From Octopus bimaculoides (lineage: Eukaryota): 64,000 nt of DNA. This document shows, one piece after another, positions 26,337 through 41,420 of this stretch. Below the pieces are notes generated by a model. It worked only from the letters and a program-made list of their open reading frames with translations, did no database searches and was not told where the DNA came from. The stretch covers positions 22,915,781-22,979,780 of the forward strand of contig NC_068983.1 of the NCBI RefSeq assembly GCF_001194135.2. The letters are read 5' to 3'. Positions within the stretch are counted from its first letter, which is position 1, and each line of letters opens with the position of its first letter. The position numbers were made by a program, and so were the translations under genes.

Positions 26337-26730
26337 AGGTGTAGGAGTGGCTGTGTGGCAAGTAGCTTACTAACAAACCACATGGTTCTGGGTTCATTCC
26401 CACTGCATGGCACCTTGGGCAAGTGTCTTCTACTATAGCCTCGGGCCGACCAAAGCCTTGTGAGTGGATTTGGTAGACGGAAACTGAAAGAAGCCCGTCG
26501 TATATATGTATATATATGTGTGTGTTTGTGTATCTGTATTTGTCTTCCCAACAGCGCTTGACAACCAATGCTGGTGTGTTTACGTCCCCATAACTTAGCG
26601 GTTTGGCAAAAGAGACTGATAGAATAAGTACTAGGCTTACAAAGAATAAGTCCTGGGGTCGATTTGCTCAACTAAAGCCAGTGCTCCAGCATGGCCACAG
26701 TCAAATGACTGAAACAAGTAAAACTAAAAA
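26337..26730 (+). mobile_element. tRNA-derived SINE family A (octopus-type), full length
   Basis: gtggctgtgtgg...catggttc..ggttca.tcccactg..tggcaccttgggcaagtgtc head, internal (TA)/(TG) tract, tail gactgaaacaagtaaaa. Also at ~27661-28055, ~30430-30800 and ~58685-59005 (+). Confidence 0.88.
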
Positions 26731-28684
26731 TACATATCATTTCCCAGGATGCTTAACGTCAGCCCACCTCTCAAATTACACCCTACTTTCCTAAAATTTT
26801 TGATACCAATCCTATTCATAGTACTTGAATGTGCTGGTCTATGTAACTGGAAACTACTGAGGATTGCCTTGAGTAGCGTAACTCTTTGTATGTAAAAAGG
26901 TGTCAAAATAATAAAGATGCTGTCCTATCCTCCTGAGAAAATATGTGTTTAATTGACCTTTTAAAAAGGAAGTAATTTAAGAAATGCAAAAGATTATTTA
27001 AAGGTATTCAAAAGTTTTCCATTAATAACGGTTTTAAATTTTGGCACAAGGGCCAGCAGTTTTTGTGGGGGAGTGGAAATAAGTTATGTTGAAACCTTTC
27101 CCTCTGTACTTGGTTGGTACTTATTTTACCAACTCTGAAAGGATGAAAGGTAAAATCAACTTCTGCAGAATTTGAACTCAGAATGTAAAGATGGATGAAA
27201 TGCTACTTAGCGTTTTGTTTGGTGCGCTAAAAACTCTACCAGCTTACTGCTTTAAATTTTCTATGAATAATGACCCCCTCAATATATTAACCTTCTCAAA
27301 CAAACAATAAAATTTAGTGATTTAAATTTGGGAAGTCTTTAGTGAATTCACTAAAGTGATGAGTTTTGTCACAAGTCACACCATGGATCTTGAGTACAAG
27401 AGAAAGAACAGGTTCAGTTTAGATAGCTGATAACTAATAATGTTTATAACCATATTAAATGTTGTCTTCTATGCAGGTTTAATTAATTTGAATATTTTAA
27501 AAAAATGTTTACTGTTGACTTTATGCTAGTATAATTGTCCAGACTGCATGTTCATGTTACAATCACACATTAAACATTGTATACGCTCAGACATGACTTT
27601 GGCTAAAAAGCTTGCTTCTCAACTACATGGTTCCAGGTTTAGTCCTACTGCATGAAACTTCCGGGTTCAGTCCCACTGCATGGCACCTTGGGCAAGTGTC
27701 TTCTACTATAGCCTCGGGCTAACCAAAGCCTTGTGAGTGGATTTGGTAGACGGAAACTGAAAGAAGCCCGTCGTATATATNNNNNNNNNNNNNNNNNNNN
27801 NNNNNNNNNNNNNNNNNNNNNNNNNNNNNNNNNNNNNNNNNNNNNNNNNNNNNNNNNNNNNNNNNNNNNNNNNNNNNNNNNNNNCGATGCTGGTGTGTTT
27901 ATGTCCCCGTAACTTAGCGGTTCAGCAAAAGAGACCGATAGAATAAGTACTAGGCTTACAAAGAATAAGTCCTGGGGTCGATTTGCTCGACTAAAGGCGG
28001 AGCTCCAGCATGGCCACAGTCAAATGACTGAAACAAGTAAAAGAGTAAAAAGAGTATAAGAACAAGTAGCAAAAATAATTTCATATCTTGTTTCCTACAA
28101 CACCGCAATGTGTTTTTGACACCTTAGTAGAAAATTACTATGATGAACTAGCAGTACATGAAATGAAGTGAAAAAACAATTGTGTAGTCTCATCCATTAT
28201 ATTTGTCACTTACCTACCAATTATATTATCTGTGTAGTGTGTGAATAGTTGTAAAAATAAAATATAGTTATCTAAAATCCAACAATAAGTTTTACAAGAT
28301 CTCTCTCTCTCCCTCCTAATATAGTAGTGTGTTGCTGATAGGTAAACCTATCAACCAGTCTGTGTGTTTGTGCATGTATGTATACTGTTTCCACCCACTT
28401 TTTTGTTGCTTGAATCTTAATGTCCTCATTTTGCACATTCAGTTCTCTGCAGCATGTGAGAGATACTTCCAATTCCACTCAGGTTTCAACAGATTTTCTA
28501 ATTGAAGTAATTGATATTTCATGAAGTAATGAATTAATCAAAATTTAGTTTAAAAACAAAAACCTGTGTTTTTTTGGCTGGTTTTTAAGAAAATGAAAAA
28601 TATTATTGGTGCAGGTATGATGGTTTTGGTTTCAGTCTCACTGTGTGGCACCTTGGGCAGGAGTCTTCAACTATAGCTCTAGGC

Positions 28685-28995
28685 CAGTAGTTCCCAGCCA
28701 GGGTCCATACGACCCCTGTGGGGATCCACATAAGATTTTGTCAGAGTTTATGTTCAATGATTTGGTCATACAATGCACAGTAGTTTAACAATTTAAAAAA
28801 AATACAATTGTCAGAATTTATGTTCAATAAATTGATCATAGAATACACAGTTTTTTTTAAATACAATTCCTAATGATATATAATTGCAAAAATATATAAT
28901 AAGAATTTTTTAAACATCAAATGGCTATGAGGGTCTACCAGAATAAAATAGGAACCAGAGAGGTCCATAGATAAAAAAATGGTTGAAAACCAATA
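28685..28995. mobile_element. hAT-type MITE inserted in a SINE-A head
   Basis: CAGTAGTTCCCAGCC...GGTTGAAAACCAATA ends; near-TSD ctctaggc/ctttaggt. Confidence 0.7.
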
Positions 28996-31900
28996 CTTTA
29001 GGTCAGGCCAACTAATGCCTTGAGAGTGTATTCAGTAAATGGAAACAGTAAGAAACTTGCTCTGTGTGTGTGTGTGTAGGCAAATGTACAAGAAATGTTG
29101 ATATTCCATGCTTGTCACTACTTGAGTTAAATGGTGCTTTTGATTTTCTTTATTGTTGTTATGACTGGTTACTCAGCACTTCGAAAGATCTCTGAAATTA
29201 AATTTTAAAAACCTTTTCCTTGAAAAACATGGGCTGCTGGGAGGAAAAGCATCCAGCATTAAAATCTTAATTGAAATATGTTTCCAACCAACCTACACTA
29301 GAATGGTAAGAAAAAAATGGTCATTAAATAAACAAACGATATTAGCATGGGTTAATTCAGTATTCCTCAAGGATAGAGTACTTTGAGGATTGAGAAGTGG
29401 GCAAACAAATTGCTATATTCAATATTATGGCTATATATATATATGAAGATTGCATGAAAGTAAAAGATGTGTTATAAAATGCTATCACGTTGAGGACCAC
29501 CTGGTTAATTAGTTCCCCAAATGAAGACTTCGTTTTTCTGATATGTTGTTTCACTCCAAGAGACATACCAGTAATGTTCCTTCTGCCCATAGCCATGTCA
29601 TCTTGTATTCAACATAATTTGTAAATTGGCCTGATTATAATAGATGCAGGCATAGTTGTGTGGTTAAGACGTTCACTTTGCAACTACATGGTTTAGGTTT
29701 AGTCCCATTACATGGCATGTCTTCTACTGTAGTCTCAGCCCATTGACATATATATATATATATATATCATCATTTAATGGAAAATGGATATTAAATAATG
29801 ATAAACACACACAGAGGATGAGAATGTTTACATTTTGTCTTCATGGAATCACTTGAGCAGAAGCAGTGACATTACATTGGCAATTTCCTATCAACAACTT
29901 GCCCTGTAGCTCAGTAGAAATTAGTGGAATAAAAACCTATCTTAAAATCTGAGTTCAAAAATAAGTGAAAGTTACCATCAGAACTGCATCCAACTCTAAA
30001 ACACTGCTTCAATAATGTCATCAACTTTCAAATGGTTACATTAACATATTAATCAAATTGTTTTTGCAAGGAGTTTGTTGGAAATGACACTATTTTATCT
30101 ATACCTTTATTGGTTCACTTTGAATTTTTCATGGATCCTTCTATTGTGAGAAAGTCAGTTCTCTCTTGATTGCATGGTTACTCCTCTTTCTCTATATATA
30201 TGTGTGTGTAATGAAGTGATTAGTGTTTGTTTAAAATATTCTGTTATCTCTGTTTAAGCTACTGCTTACTTTTCAGTATTGTGCAATGTCTAACGTTCAT
30301 AACGGTATCAAATTTTCTTGATGCTATTCAAACTGTCCTTAAGATTATCATTCACTAGGAAAACCTCTCTGGAACACTACACATGCACACACAATCCATG
30401 TATGTGTGTGCGTATATATATATATTTATAGGTGCAGGTATGACTGTGTGATAAGAAACTTGCTTCCCAACCACATGGTTCTGTGTCTAGTATGACTGCA
30501 TGACACCTTGGGCAATTGCCTTCTACTATAACCGTGATCAACTAAAGCCTTTTGAGTGGATTTGGATGACAGAAACTGAAAGAAGCCTATCATATGTATG
30601 TGTCTGTGTTTGTACTCCACCACTGCTTGACAACCATCAATGTGTTTACATTCCAATAACTTAGCAGTTCAGCAAAAGGTGACTGACAGAATAAGTATCA
30701 GGCTTTAAAAGAAAAAATAAGTACTAGAGTTGATTCCATTTGACTAAAAGTGCTTCAAGATGATGCCCCATCATGGCCACAATCTAATGACTGAAACCGA
30801 TAAAACACACAAACACACATGTATTTGTGTGTGTATTTCATTTTCATGAATGGGTACCCATCTTATTACTAACCAACACTTGTTTTTCAAATGACATTTT
30901 TTTTCCCTTTAGTCTTTGCAACTGAAATGAAAGAGCCATGAAACACTGTTTACATGAGAGCTAAAGAAATATCATTCTTGATGAGTGCCAGTACAAAAAC
31001 ATGCTGAAACACACACACACGCACGCACGCACGCCCCTTGCTGCTATATGTCTGTTCACATACCCACCATGTGCATGTCCCTGTTGGGAGGTTTTAACCA
31101 TTTAGCATTCAGATTACTCTGTCAAATGTAATACATATTTATTCACATTGTTTTGAATTAATCATGCATTATCTTGTAGATTTGAGATTTCGACAATGTG
31201 ATTGTTTATTTTTAGAATGGTATTCTAGGGTAGTTGTGAGGTACCAGATCTAGCAAGTTTGAACATAAAACAGGTAGAATATTTGGGTCAGACATGGCTG
31301 GTTTAAATGCTAAAGGGTTAAACAGGTTATGGGCTAAATATTTAAGTAAAAGTTATAAATTTTATGTACTATTTCATTCTTTTTTTTTTTTCTTTTCTTT
31401 CATGCTTTCAATNNNNNNNNNNNNNNNNNNNNNNNNNNNNNNNNNNNNNNNNNNNNNNNNNNNNNNNNNNNNNNNNNNNNNNNNNNNNNNNNNNNNNNNN
31501 NNNNNNNNNNNNNNNNNNNNNNNNNNNNNNNNNNNNNNNNNNNNNNNNNNNNNNNNNNNNNNNNNNNNNNNNNNNNNNNNNNNNNNNNNNNNNNNNNNNN
31601 NNNNNNNNNNNNNNNNNNNNNNNNNNNNNNNNNNNNNNNNNNNNNNNNNNNNNNNNNNNNNNNNNNNNNNNNNNNNNNNNNNNNNNNNNNNNNNNNNNNN
31701 NNNNNNNNNNNNNNNNNNNNNNNNNNNNNNNNNNNNNNNNNNNNNNNNNNNNNNNNNNNNNNNNNNNNNNNNNNNNNNNNNNNNNNNNNNNNNNNNNNNN
31801 NNNNNNNNNNNNNNNNNNNNNNNNNNNNNNNNNNNNNNNNNNNNNNNNNNNNNNNNNNNNNNNNNNNNNNNNNNNNNNNNNNNNNNNNNNNNNNNNNNNN

Positions 31901-32360
31901 NNNNNNNNNNNNNNNNNNNNNNNNNNNNNNNNNNNNNNNNNNNNNNNNNNNNNNNNNNNNNNNNNNNNNNNNNNNNNNNNNNNNNNNNNNNNNNNNNNNN
32001 NNNNNNNNNNNNNNNNNNNNNNNNNNNNNNNNNNNNNNNNNNNNNNNNNNNNNNNNNNNNNNNNNNNNNNNNNNNNNNNNNNNNNNNNNNNNNNNNNNNN
32101 NNNNNNNNNNNNNNNNNNNNNNNNNNNNNNNNNNNNNNNNNNNNNNNNNNNNNNNNNNNNNNNNNNNNNNNNNNNNNNNNNNNNNNNNNNNNNNNNNNNN
32201 NNNNNNNNNNNNNNNNNNNNNNNNNNNNNNNNNNNNNNNNNNNNNNNNNNNNNNNNNNNNNNNNNNNNNNNNNNNNNNNNNNNNNNNNAATATTGGGGTC
32301 AATGACATCAACTAACACTTTCCTCTCAAAATTGTGGGTTTTGCGCCCAAATTAGAAACA

Positions 32361-32387
32361 ATTATGATTATTATTATTATTATTATG

Positions 32388-32430
<43 letters not shown>
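32361..32430. repeat. (ATT)n microsatellite between opposed SINE-B copies
   Basis: Directly visible. Confidence 0.95.
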
Positions 32431-32431
<1 letters not shown>

Positions 32432-35400
32432 GGTGGCAAGCTGGCAGAATTGTTAGAATGCTGGACAAAATGCTCAGTGGCATTTCATCTGTCTTTACAT
32501 TGAGTTCAAATTTTACCATGGCCAACTTTGGTTTTCATCCTTTTGGGATTAATAAAATAAGTACCAATTGAGCACTGTGGTTCATGTACTTAACTAGCCT
32601 CCACCCAACAAAATTTCAGACCAAGTACCTATAGGATTATTATTGTATATTAAAGTGGTGAGCTGGCAGAATTGTTAGCATGCCGGTGCTTTGTGGCATT
32701 TCATCCGTCCTTATGTTCTAAGTTCAAATTTTGCCGATCTCAACTTTGCCTTTCATACTTTTGAGGTTGATGAAATAAGTACCAGTTGTGTACTGAGCTT
32801 GATGTAAATGACTAGCCCCCTCCCCCCAAATTTCAGGTCTTGTGCCTATAGTAGAAAGTATTATATTTTCCTTTGAAAAAAACTTGGCTTTCTCTATTAC
32901 GAAACATGAAGCATCCAGTATTTCAGGAGTTAACCTGGTATGTAAGACATTAGAAATTAGTCCAGTTCTTCAGAGAGGGTTAGTGTATATATTTGTTTTT
33001 ATTTTTACATTAATCCTGAAGGATTAACTGAACTTCAGATTCATACACCCAAGTTATTGAAAATGATGCCACCTTTGTCAGTTGACCACTTTGTAGATAA
33101 CTCTTGAATTATTTTCCTCATTTTTGTAGTTTTATACATGGACATTTCTTGATGTACAAAGCTAGCATTTATATGGTTAGTGTCTTAATCAATCACATCA
33201 GCATTAGTATTTACTGTTAGTACCTATTATGATGTAATACCTTACTAAAGTACTAAATGATAGGTTATCCTAACAAGAAAGATAGCCATTGAATAGTGTT
33301 GTCATAGATTCCCTGCCTTTGAGAAAAAAGACTCTATGGTTATGGTTGGGGCATCTCTGATCATAGATCTGCTCAGTCTGGTCTAACTTAGGACCAAATG
33401 GCAGCAACAACTAGCACTTCTTTTTGCTAGTATCTTTATCTTTGTTTCCTCTACTAACTATAAATTTTATTAGTAATGTTATGTCCCCTTTTTAACTGCT
33501 TTTACTTGAAACCCTCTCTCATCACCCGACTAGAGTTCTCATGAATGGTTGCTTGACCTGTTACCAACTGTTACTAAATCTCCAACTCACACCACCCAAC
33601 TGGCTCAAAAATATTGAATAAGATGACATTGGATGCTCTAGTCTTAGATATACAAGAAGACAGGGAAGTTTGACCTTAAATTTACTTGATCAAGACTAAA
33701 ACAGAAACTATACTTACTGATCAGTTTTCATTTTCTCTTTTACAAGTTTTTATTACCTGTATATATGTCCCAGCTTCTAAGTATTTTATTTTCTCACATT
33801 TATGGAAATTATCATGGATGAGAAAATGTATGCTTATGATTAAGAAATCTTCTATTTAATAGTAAAAAACCACAGTACTTATTTCACCTAGCTCTACTTC
33901 ACATATGTTATTTACTACTTTTATATAGTATTTATTATAGCCAAAAGACTTCTTCAGTTATGTTGACAAAAACATCTGTTCAAGTAATTCATCCAAGAAC
34001 CAATAAATCAAGTGCTTTACCAATGAAGTTGCTTTGGACTAAGTGTTTGGGTGGTATCTTAGCTCCAAATGGTTCAAGAGGACATCATTTGTTTACCCTT
34101 ATTCTTCAGAAAGTTTGTCAGTGTTGCTTTTTTGGTGAATCTGGACAAATTGGAGGTGACACTTACTGCTCTACACCAGTTGTTATTTAATCTGTTCAAA
34201 TACTTTTACCTTGTTCATTTACACTTACTTTTTTTATTTAACAGTATTCCTAAGTGTTAATATAATGTTGGCTGCTTCTACTAATTCAAATGTTACATTT
34301 ACTCAAAGAAGTAAGGTTTTCACAGCTGGGTTCTCAAAGTAATAATACCAAACACTGGGATTGATTAATTATTTTTAGAAAGGTTAACGAAGAAAGTTAA
34401 TGTGATCGGTTAAAGGGAATGAGTGGCAAAAAACTTGAGTTTCAGAAGAAATTTTTTTGTTATAATTTGTGATAATAGTTGAATTTTCATATTTTTATTG
34501 CCAGTTTTCTGTCTATTTCAACAGTATTGATTAAATAGATATCATCATCATTTAACATCTACTTTTTCATGCTTGTTGAAGCAGATTTTCTACAGATAGA
34601 TGCCCTTCTCCTGTTTCTAAAGGAAGGTAATATTTCCCCGTGGCCAGACATGTTCTTTGACAGAAGACTGGAATTAAGCAGCATCGCTTGTATAACAGTG
34701 CTGCTTTTTTACAACCATCATGTTATGTCAGGAAGAGGTTACATGCATGTGTGTGCACACACGATGAGCTTGTTTCAGTTTCCATCTACCAAAACCACCC
34801 ATAAAGCTTTGTTTAGTTGTGGGGCTATAGCAGAAGGCATTTACCCAAAGTATCACATGGTTGGGAAGCAAACTTCTTAACCACATAGCCATGCATGTAC
34901 CTATTAAGAGAAGTAAAATTCTGCATAGAAAATCTGAAAACACAAAGTCAGTATTGTTAGAGTAAAATCTATTTTTAATTGACAGATTTTACTTCAACAA
35001 TATGACTGAAACACTTCATGTTAAAATATATCAATTGTACGTACTCATTTGAAAGGCTTAAATGTCTCTGGGTGATATACACTCTACAAAATGGTTTGCA
35101 GCTGTTTAAGCACTTCACCAGGTGTGTGTTTTCACTGTGTATTAATATAGTCCAGGGTATTATCTATCTATTTATGTTTTTAATCATTAGTTAATTTTAA
35201 AATATAAATACTGAAGCTATTAAGGAAAATAAGGCAGTGACAGTAGGATTGCCAGATATTAATAACTGCTCTTATGCTTCAGGAGCATGTATTTTCAGAA
35301 TCCTCAGAGCATTAAGCAAAGTACCTTGCAGTATTTCTGGCTCTTTAAAACATTCAGAGTTCAAATCCCATTAGGATCAAATTTACTTTTCATCCCTCTG

Positions 35401-38290
35401 GGGGTGATAAAATAAAGTACTATTTAAGTGCTAAAATCAGAGGTATTAACTAATCCCTCCCCCTTAAAACTGCTGACCTTGTGCGGAAATTAGAAACAAT
35501 TATAAAAAGTTATGATTTCACAGAATTGTTAGAACATTGGGAAAATGCTTAATAGTTCCAGCTCTTTGAGTTAAAATGCCACTGAGGTCAACTTTTCCTT
35601 TCATCCTTTTGCAGTTGGCAAAACAAAGTACCAGTTAAGTACAAGTACTTTATCTTATTTTGAAGGGAGGTAGTTAGTTGATGCTATCGACTGACAACCT
35701 TCCCTGGCCGTGTACCTAAATCAAAATTACTACTACTTCTATTGTGACAAGCTGACAAAGTTGTTACCGTGCTAGGCAAAATGCTTAGCAGCATTTCATC
35801 TGTCTCTACATTCTGAGTTCAAATTCTGCTGAGGTCAGTTTTGCCTTTCATCCTTTCACAACCACTAAAATAAGTACCAGTTGAACATTGACGTCGATGT
35901 CATCAACTTATTCCCTCCTCCAAAATTGCTGGCCTTGTGCCAAAATTTGAAACCATTTTTATTATTAGTAGTAGAGTAGCAGATTTGGAAAAGTCCTTAG
36001 AGCATCCAATGATCTACCTTTAGTTACTGCTCTTTACACTATTAGTTCAAATCTCACCAAAGTCAACTTTCTATCTCCTAAAATAAAATACCAGAACACC
36101 AGGCAAGTACTGGTATTCATTTTCAACTGATTATAACCTTCCCTAACATTTGCATCCTTGGGATAGTGTTGGAAGTCATTAATAAATAGAAATAACAGCA
36201 CACCAGAGAATTCATCCTCAACTATCCCAATTTTATCAACAGATTCCAGAAACAAAACAGAACTTGTTGGCAATAATGAGAAAGCTGTAAAATTGATTCA
36301 ATGTTAAGAAGTACTGTATTTGCCAATAATCATAATGGTGAAATGGTTAGAAAGATTACAGCATGAGATTGAATGTAATATTATATTGAAGTGGGAATGT
36401 GGTAGTTAAATATGGTTATGTTTATCAAGGAGGAGAGTGTTTCCAGATATGTTTCAACCACAGCACATGCGGCTTTCTCTTCTTTTCGTCAGTAAAGGGC
36501 TTGAGCTTGAAATACAATCTTTTCCTTTGCTCTCAGATTTTATCTGTTGTTGACCCAGACCCTCATTGGTTTTCTCCATGTTTGGATTTTACCTGTGATA
36601 TGGTGTTAAATCCTTTTACCATTCAATGTTCAAATCTCACTGGGAACAACTGTGTCCCTTTCGTTCTCCTGGGCTCTCTACTCCATCCCACCCCACCACT
36701 GCACTATATTGATAAAGTAAGTACTAGTTACTTGTTAATAACTAGTCAAAATATTGACTAAATTGTCTGTATCTCTACCTAAAATTTTAGGCCTTACTCT
36801 GTCATAACTTAAAACAGTAACAATAGCTTCTTGTCATTGTTACATTAGTTTTTCAATACTGGCATAGGTTGGACAGGACATTTTGAAGTGATGCTTCAAG
36901 CCAGATACCCTTTCTGATACCAACAGTTGTTCCCTGTTACAACATGCAGGAATAATATAAAGCATATGTATAAAATAGTTGGTTAAATAAATGAGGAAAT
37001 AATGCATTTTCTCAAGCATATTAGTATTATAGTAAATGACCAGGTATATATGACACAGTGAATTTTGGGAGTGAGACTTTTTTACAAATATAAAAAGTGT
37101 TATATATGTTGAAAGTGTGCACCTGGTTGTTGTTGCTTGGCCCCAAATCAGCCCTAATAGGGTAGACCCTATAATTAAAATCATTTCAGGCATTCTGTAC
37201 TATATTCTGGCCTACATTATCCAATGTGTATTTAAGTCTGTAGAGTTTAAACTGAGGGAAAGTTGGCTATTATTTTTAGCAGATCAAGTGACCATTTAGA
37301 TTCTGGCTCATAGAACTTTTGGTTACATTTTGCTTGTTTTAGTCATTGGACTGTTGCCATGCTAGGTCACTAATTTGAAAGATTTTAGTCAAATCAACCC
37401 CAGGACTTATTTTTTTAAGTCTGGTGCTTATTCTATTGCTTTCTATGCTGAACAGCTAAGTTATGGGGATGTAAACAAACTAACGCCAGTTGTCAACTAG
37501 TAATGGTGGTGGGACAAACACGGACACAAAAACATACAACACAGACACAAAAACCTACAGCTTCAAAACAGTTTCCATTTACTAAATTCATTCACAAGAC
37601 ATTGGTCAGCCCAGAGTTGTAGGTGACCCTTGCCTTAAGTGTTGCACCATGGAGATGAACTTGACACCAAGTGGTTGCAAAGTGAGCTTCTTAACTCGCC
37701 TGTAACGCTATCTAGATAACAAATACAAAGACAGCCTCAGCTCGGGGATTGAAAGACAAAAAAATGGAATGTGAAATTTCATGTTGCAAATTGACTAAAT
37801 ATTCTTCTTATTACAATTTTTTATACAGTGAAGCAACTAAATTTTCATTTGTTAAAAGCTTTTTGCTTTCTTTTTCTCTTTCATTCATTCATTCATGTTT
37901 TATTTCCTTCTTTATTCCTATATTTAAAAAAATACATAATTTCCAAAGTAGCTGATTAGTTAGATGCTTGTGTATGATCAATTGAATATTCCAAATATTT
38001 GCACCATGCTGATGACATCAGTTGACTAATTCAGTTGGTGTGGTTGATTCAGCGTTCAACATCTCCAAGCATTTTGCAACCTGCTATGTACTGTAGTTAT
38101 CATCATGTATATAATAGTACCACAAATCTACTTTGCTCTCCCTTCTCACTTAATGTGGAACAGTGACAGTTCATAATGCTTCTCCCTTTGTCATGTTGCA
38201 GCAGTTCATGGAAAATATTTTATATGTTGCCTATCCAGATTGGTTTATCCATGTCTTGGGTTTCTGTGAGTGTGCATGTGTGTGTGTATA

Positions 38291-38419
38291 CAGGGTGGGG
38301 CAAAAGTCATGCACCAGTAAAATAACACTCTGCTGTAACATTTTCGTATTTGTTATTTTTATATAAGCAAATGTGATAAACGTTCATAAAATGTGGTATG
38401 GGACTTTTGCATCACCCTG
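38291..38419. mobile_element. Tc1/mariner-type MITE
   Basis: TA-CAGGGTGGGGCAAAAGT ... ACTTTTGCATCACCCTG-TA. Confidence 0.85.
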
Positions 38420-38566
38420 TATATTATGGACCATATATTTAATACGATGTGTATTTCTCAATTAACCCAAGGGTTGATGATATACTCAATTGGGTTCGAT
38501 TAATTATATACATAACTTGAATATTTTTATCCCTGTACTTCGGTACCAATGTTTGTATTCATCAGT

Positions 38567-38948
38567 AGAGTGGCTGTGTGATAAGTAGCTTGCTTACCAA
38601 CCACATGGTTCCGGGTTCAGTCCCACTGCGTGGCACCTTGGGCAAGTGTCTTCTACTATAGCCTTGGGCCGACCAAAGCCTTGTGAGTGGATTTGGTAGA
38701 CGGAAACTGAAAGAAGCCTGTCGTATATATGTATATATATATGTGTGTGTGTGTTTGTGTATCTGTGTTTCTCTCCCCCCCCCCACCGATGCTGGTGTGT
38801 TCACGTCCCCGTAACTTAGCGGTTCAGCAAAACGAGACCGATAGAACAAGTACTAGGCTTACAAAGAATAAGTCCTGGGGTCGATTTTCTCGACTAAAGG
38901 CGGTGCTCCAGCATGGCTGCAGTCAAATGACTGAAACAAGTAAAAGAG
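38567..38948 (+). mobile_element. SINE family A, young copy
   Basis: Same consensus as 26337-26730 with CpGs retained. Confidence 0.9.
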
Positions 38949-39229
38949 TTGATGTGTATGCATTTTAATTTTGACCCAACTTAGTGCCTTATTCACCTGA
39001 ACCTTATATATATATATAGAAGTAATGGTGCTAAGCAGTGTTTACGTATAATCACAATTTAGGTTAGTTGAAATATGTTTGTCACATATTTCAACTGCCC
39101 AAGGCAAATACACTGCAGTTACCCTGGAGAAAAAATCTCTCTTATGGTAAAAAGGTGTGAAAACACCCTGTTTGTTCAGTGTTGCCCTCTCTTGGGAATC
39201 TCAGACATCGATGTTTCGAATTTATTGAC

Positions 39230-39640
39230 TTAATTGACTTTATTGCCTTTAGCAGTTGAAATATGTGACAAACATAGGGGGGCATAGGCCACGCTGCTTT
39301 AAGTGCAGTGAAAAGGGCTACGTCCACTGTGAATGCAAGCCTAAAGAAAGAAAAAGCGTGAAGCCTCTCCCCAAAAAGAACTGCTAGAGACGGGAGAAAA
39401 AGAGAAACAAGAACAGATGCAAGAAAGGACGCAAGAAGGGATGCAAGATACAACCGGAAACACAGAGGAAGAAATGGAATTTACAGTGGTCAAATTCCAA
39501 AAGAGGAAAAAGGCCCAAGCCCCAGACTCCCTCCCCATACAAAGAAAAATAAGCCAATTACAGACACACATGGAAAAACTACCCTCTCCATCCCCTTCGT
39601 AAAACCCATAACCCATTACAAAAACCCCACCCCAAGACAG
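39230..39640 (+). pseudogene. LINE ORF1 (gag-like) remnant with a degenerate CCHC zinc knuckle
   Basis: GHRPRCFKCSEKGYVHCEC (CX2CX4[H>Y]X4C) followed by a charged region EKEKQEQMQE...EFTVVKFQKRKK; stop-interrupted. Confidence 0.6.
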
Positions 39641-41051
39641 AAAAAATTGTGTCCTTTAATGAAAAAAATGAAGTACTACCAAGAATTATTAGAGCTCATT
39701 GCAAAGCTCAGTTTTATAAAGATAAGGATATGCCACCTCACATCTGAATTGTCGCATATAAACTGTGTGGGGTTTACTAATGCACACACATTTTTATTCA
39801 TAAGCTGGCGATCCATTTGAGATTTTTTATTTCAAATCCAAGTGCTGTTACCATGTATCAGCTAGAAATTTCAAAATAGCATTTGGGAAACACACATTTA
39901 TTAATACCGACATAGTGCTAAAATAATTTATTTGGACTTATTTTCTTTAATCTCATTCCAATCCAGTATTGAATAGGTTTTTTTTTCTTTTCTTTAAAAA
40001 ATCTTTTTACTTGTTTCAATCATTTGACTGCGGCCATGCTGGGGCACCACCTTGATGTGTTTTAGTTGAACAAATTAACCCTAGGACTTATTATTTTTTG
40101 AAGCCTAGTATTTATTCTATCAGTCTCTTTTACTGAACTGCTAAGTTAAGGGGACATAAAGACCACCACCCAGTTGTGGAGCAGTGGTGGAGAACAAACA
40201 GACACACACACACATATATATGACAGGCTTCTTTCAGTTTTTATCTACTAAATCCACTTTGGTCACCCCAAGGCTATAGTAGAAGACACTTGTCCAAGAT
40301 GTCATGCAGTGAGATTGAACCTAGAATCATGTGGTTGAGAAGCAAGCTTCTTAGCACACAGTCATGCCTGCGCCTTTTTGTTAGCTTTCTTTGTATGCTC
40401 AAATGAATAAAAAAAAAATTATCCTTTATTGCCTGTTTTCATCATTTTGATCTTTTGTATAAAACAAAGTAATCAGTTTTCAATAATACAAACAGTAATC
40501 AATTGTAATATCAAAGAATTCATAATTTTGTTGGTCATGTAACTCCTTTTCAGATTACTAATTTAGAATATACCGGCAGAAATGAAATTACTTGTGTGAC
40601 CAAGTAGAGAAACTCTATATTTGATTCTAAGTAGTAATTGTAGAAGTAGTAGTAGTAGCAGCACCCCTACCACCATCTGTAGTAAGTATGATGAGATGAC
40701 TGGTTTGAAATGTAACACCTATTTGTTCTGTGAAGTACCGAACCTGTGCCAACATGAAACTTGGTCAACTAAAAGAGAGAGAAATGAAATTTTGGATATG
40801 GGACAAATGCTTCTCATTCTAGGTTTATAGGTCAGAAACTGAAAAGGATGTATAAAATCATATATGTTGTTACATTAACATGGTTCCAGGTTCAATCCCA
40901 CTGCATGGAATCTTGGGCTAGTGTCTTCTACTATAGTCCTGGGTCGACCGAAGCCTTGTGAGTGGATTTTGTAGATGGAAGCTAAAAGAAGTATGTCATG
41001 TTAAAAGTCGATGTAAATAAAGCTTGGATCACAAACAACAAAGGCTCTTTT

Positions 41052-41420
41052 ACTTTTTTATTTGTTTCAGTCATTTGACTGCGGCCATGCTGGAGCACCA
41101 CCTTTAGTTGAGCAAATTGACCCCAGGACTTATTCTTTGTAAGCCTAGTACTTATTCTATCGGCCTCTTTTGCCGAACCGCTAAGTTACGGGGACGTAAA
41201 CACACCAGCATCAGTTGTCAAACGATGTTGGGGGGACAAACACACACATATATACGATGGGCTTCTTTCAGTTTCCATCCACCAAATCCACTCACAAGGC
41301 TCTGGTTGGCCTGAGGCTATAGTAGAAGACACTTGCCCAAGGTGCCATGCAGTGGGACTTGAACCCAGAACCATGTGATTCATAAGCAAGCTACTTACCA
41401 CACAGCCACTCCTACGCCTA
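41052..41420 (-). mobile_element. SINE family A, young copy, reverse orientation
   Basis: Reverse complement of the family A consensus. Other minus copies at ~34715-34900, 37330-37700, 40005-40375, 44960-45150, 51120-51282 and 62005-62165. Confidence 0.9.

Noticed and set aside
16364-32355. Long ORFs in the track (16.4-17.1, 21.8-22.5, 31.3-32.4 kb; also 3.1-3.4 and 7.8-8.3 kb)
   Set aside because: They are open only because they run through N-gaps (poly-X).
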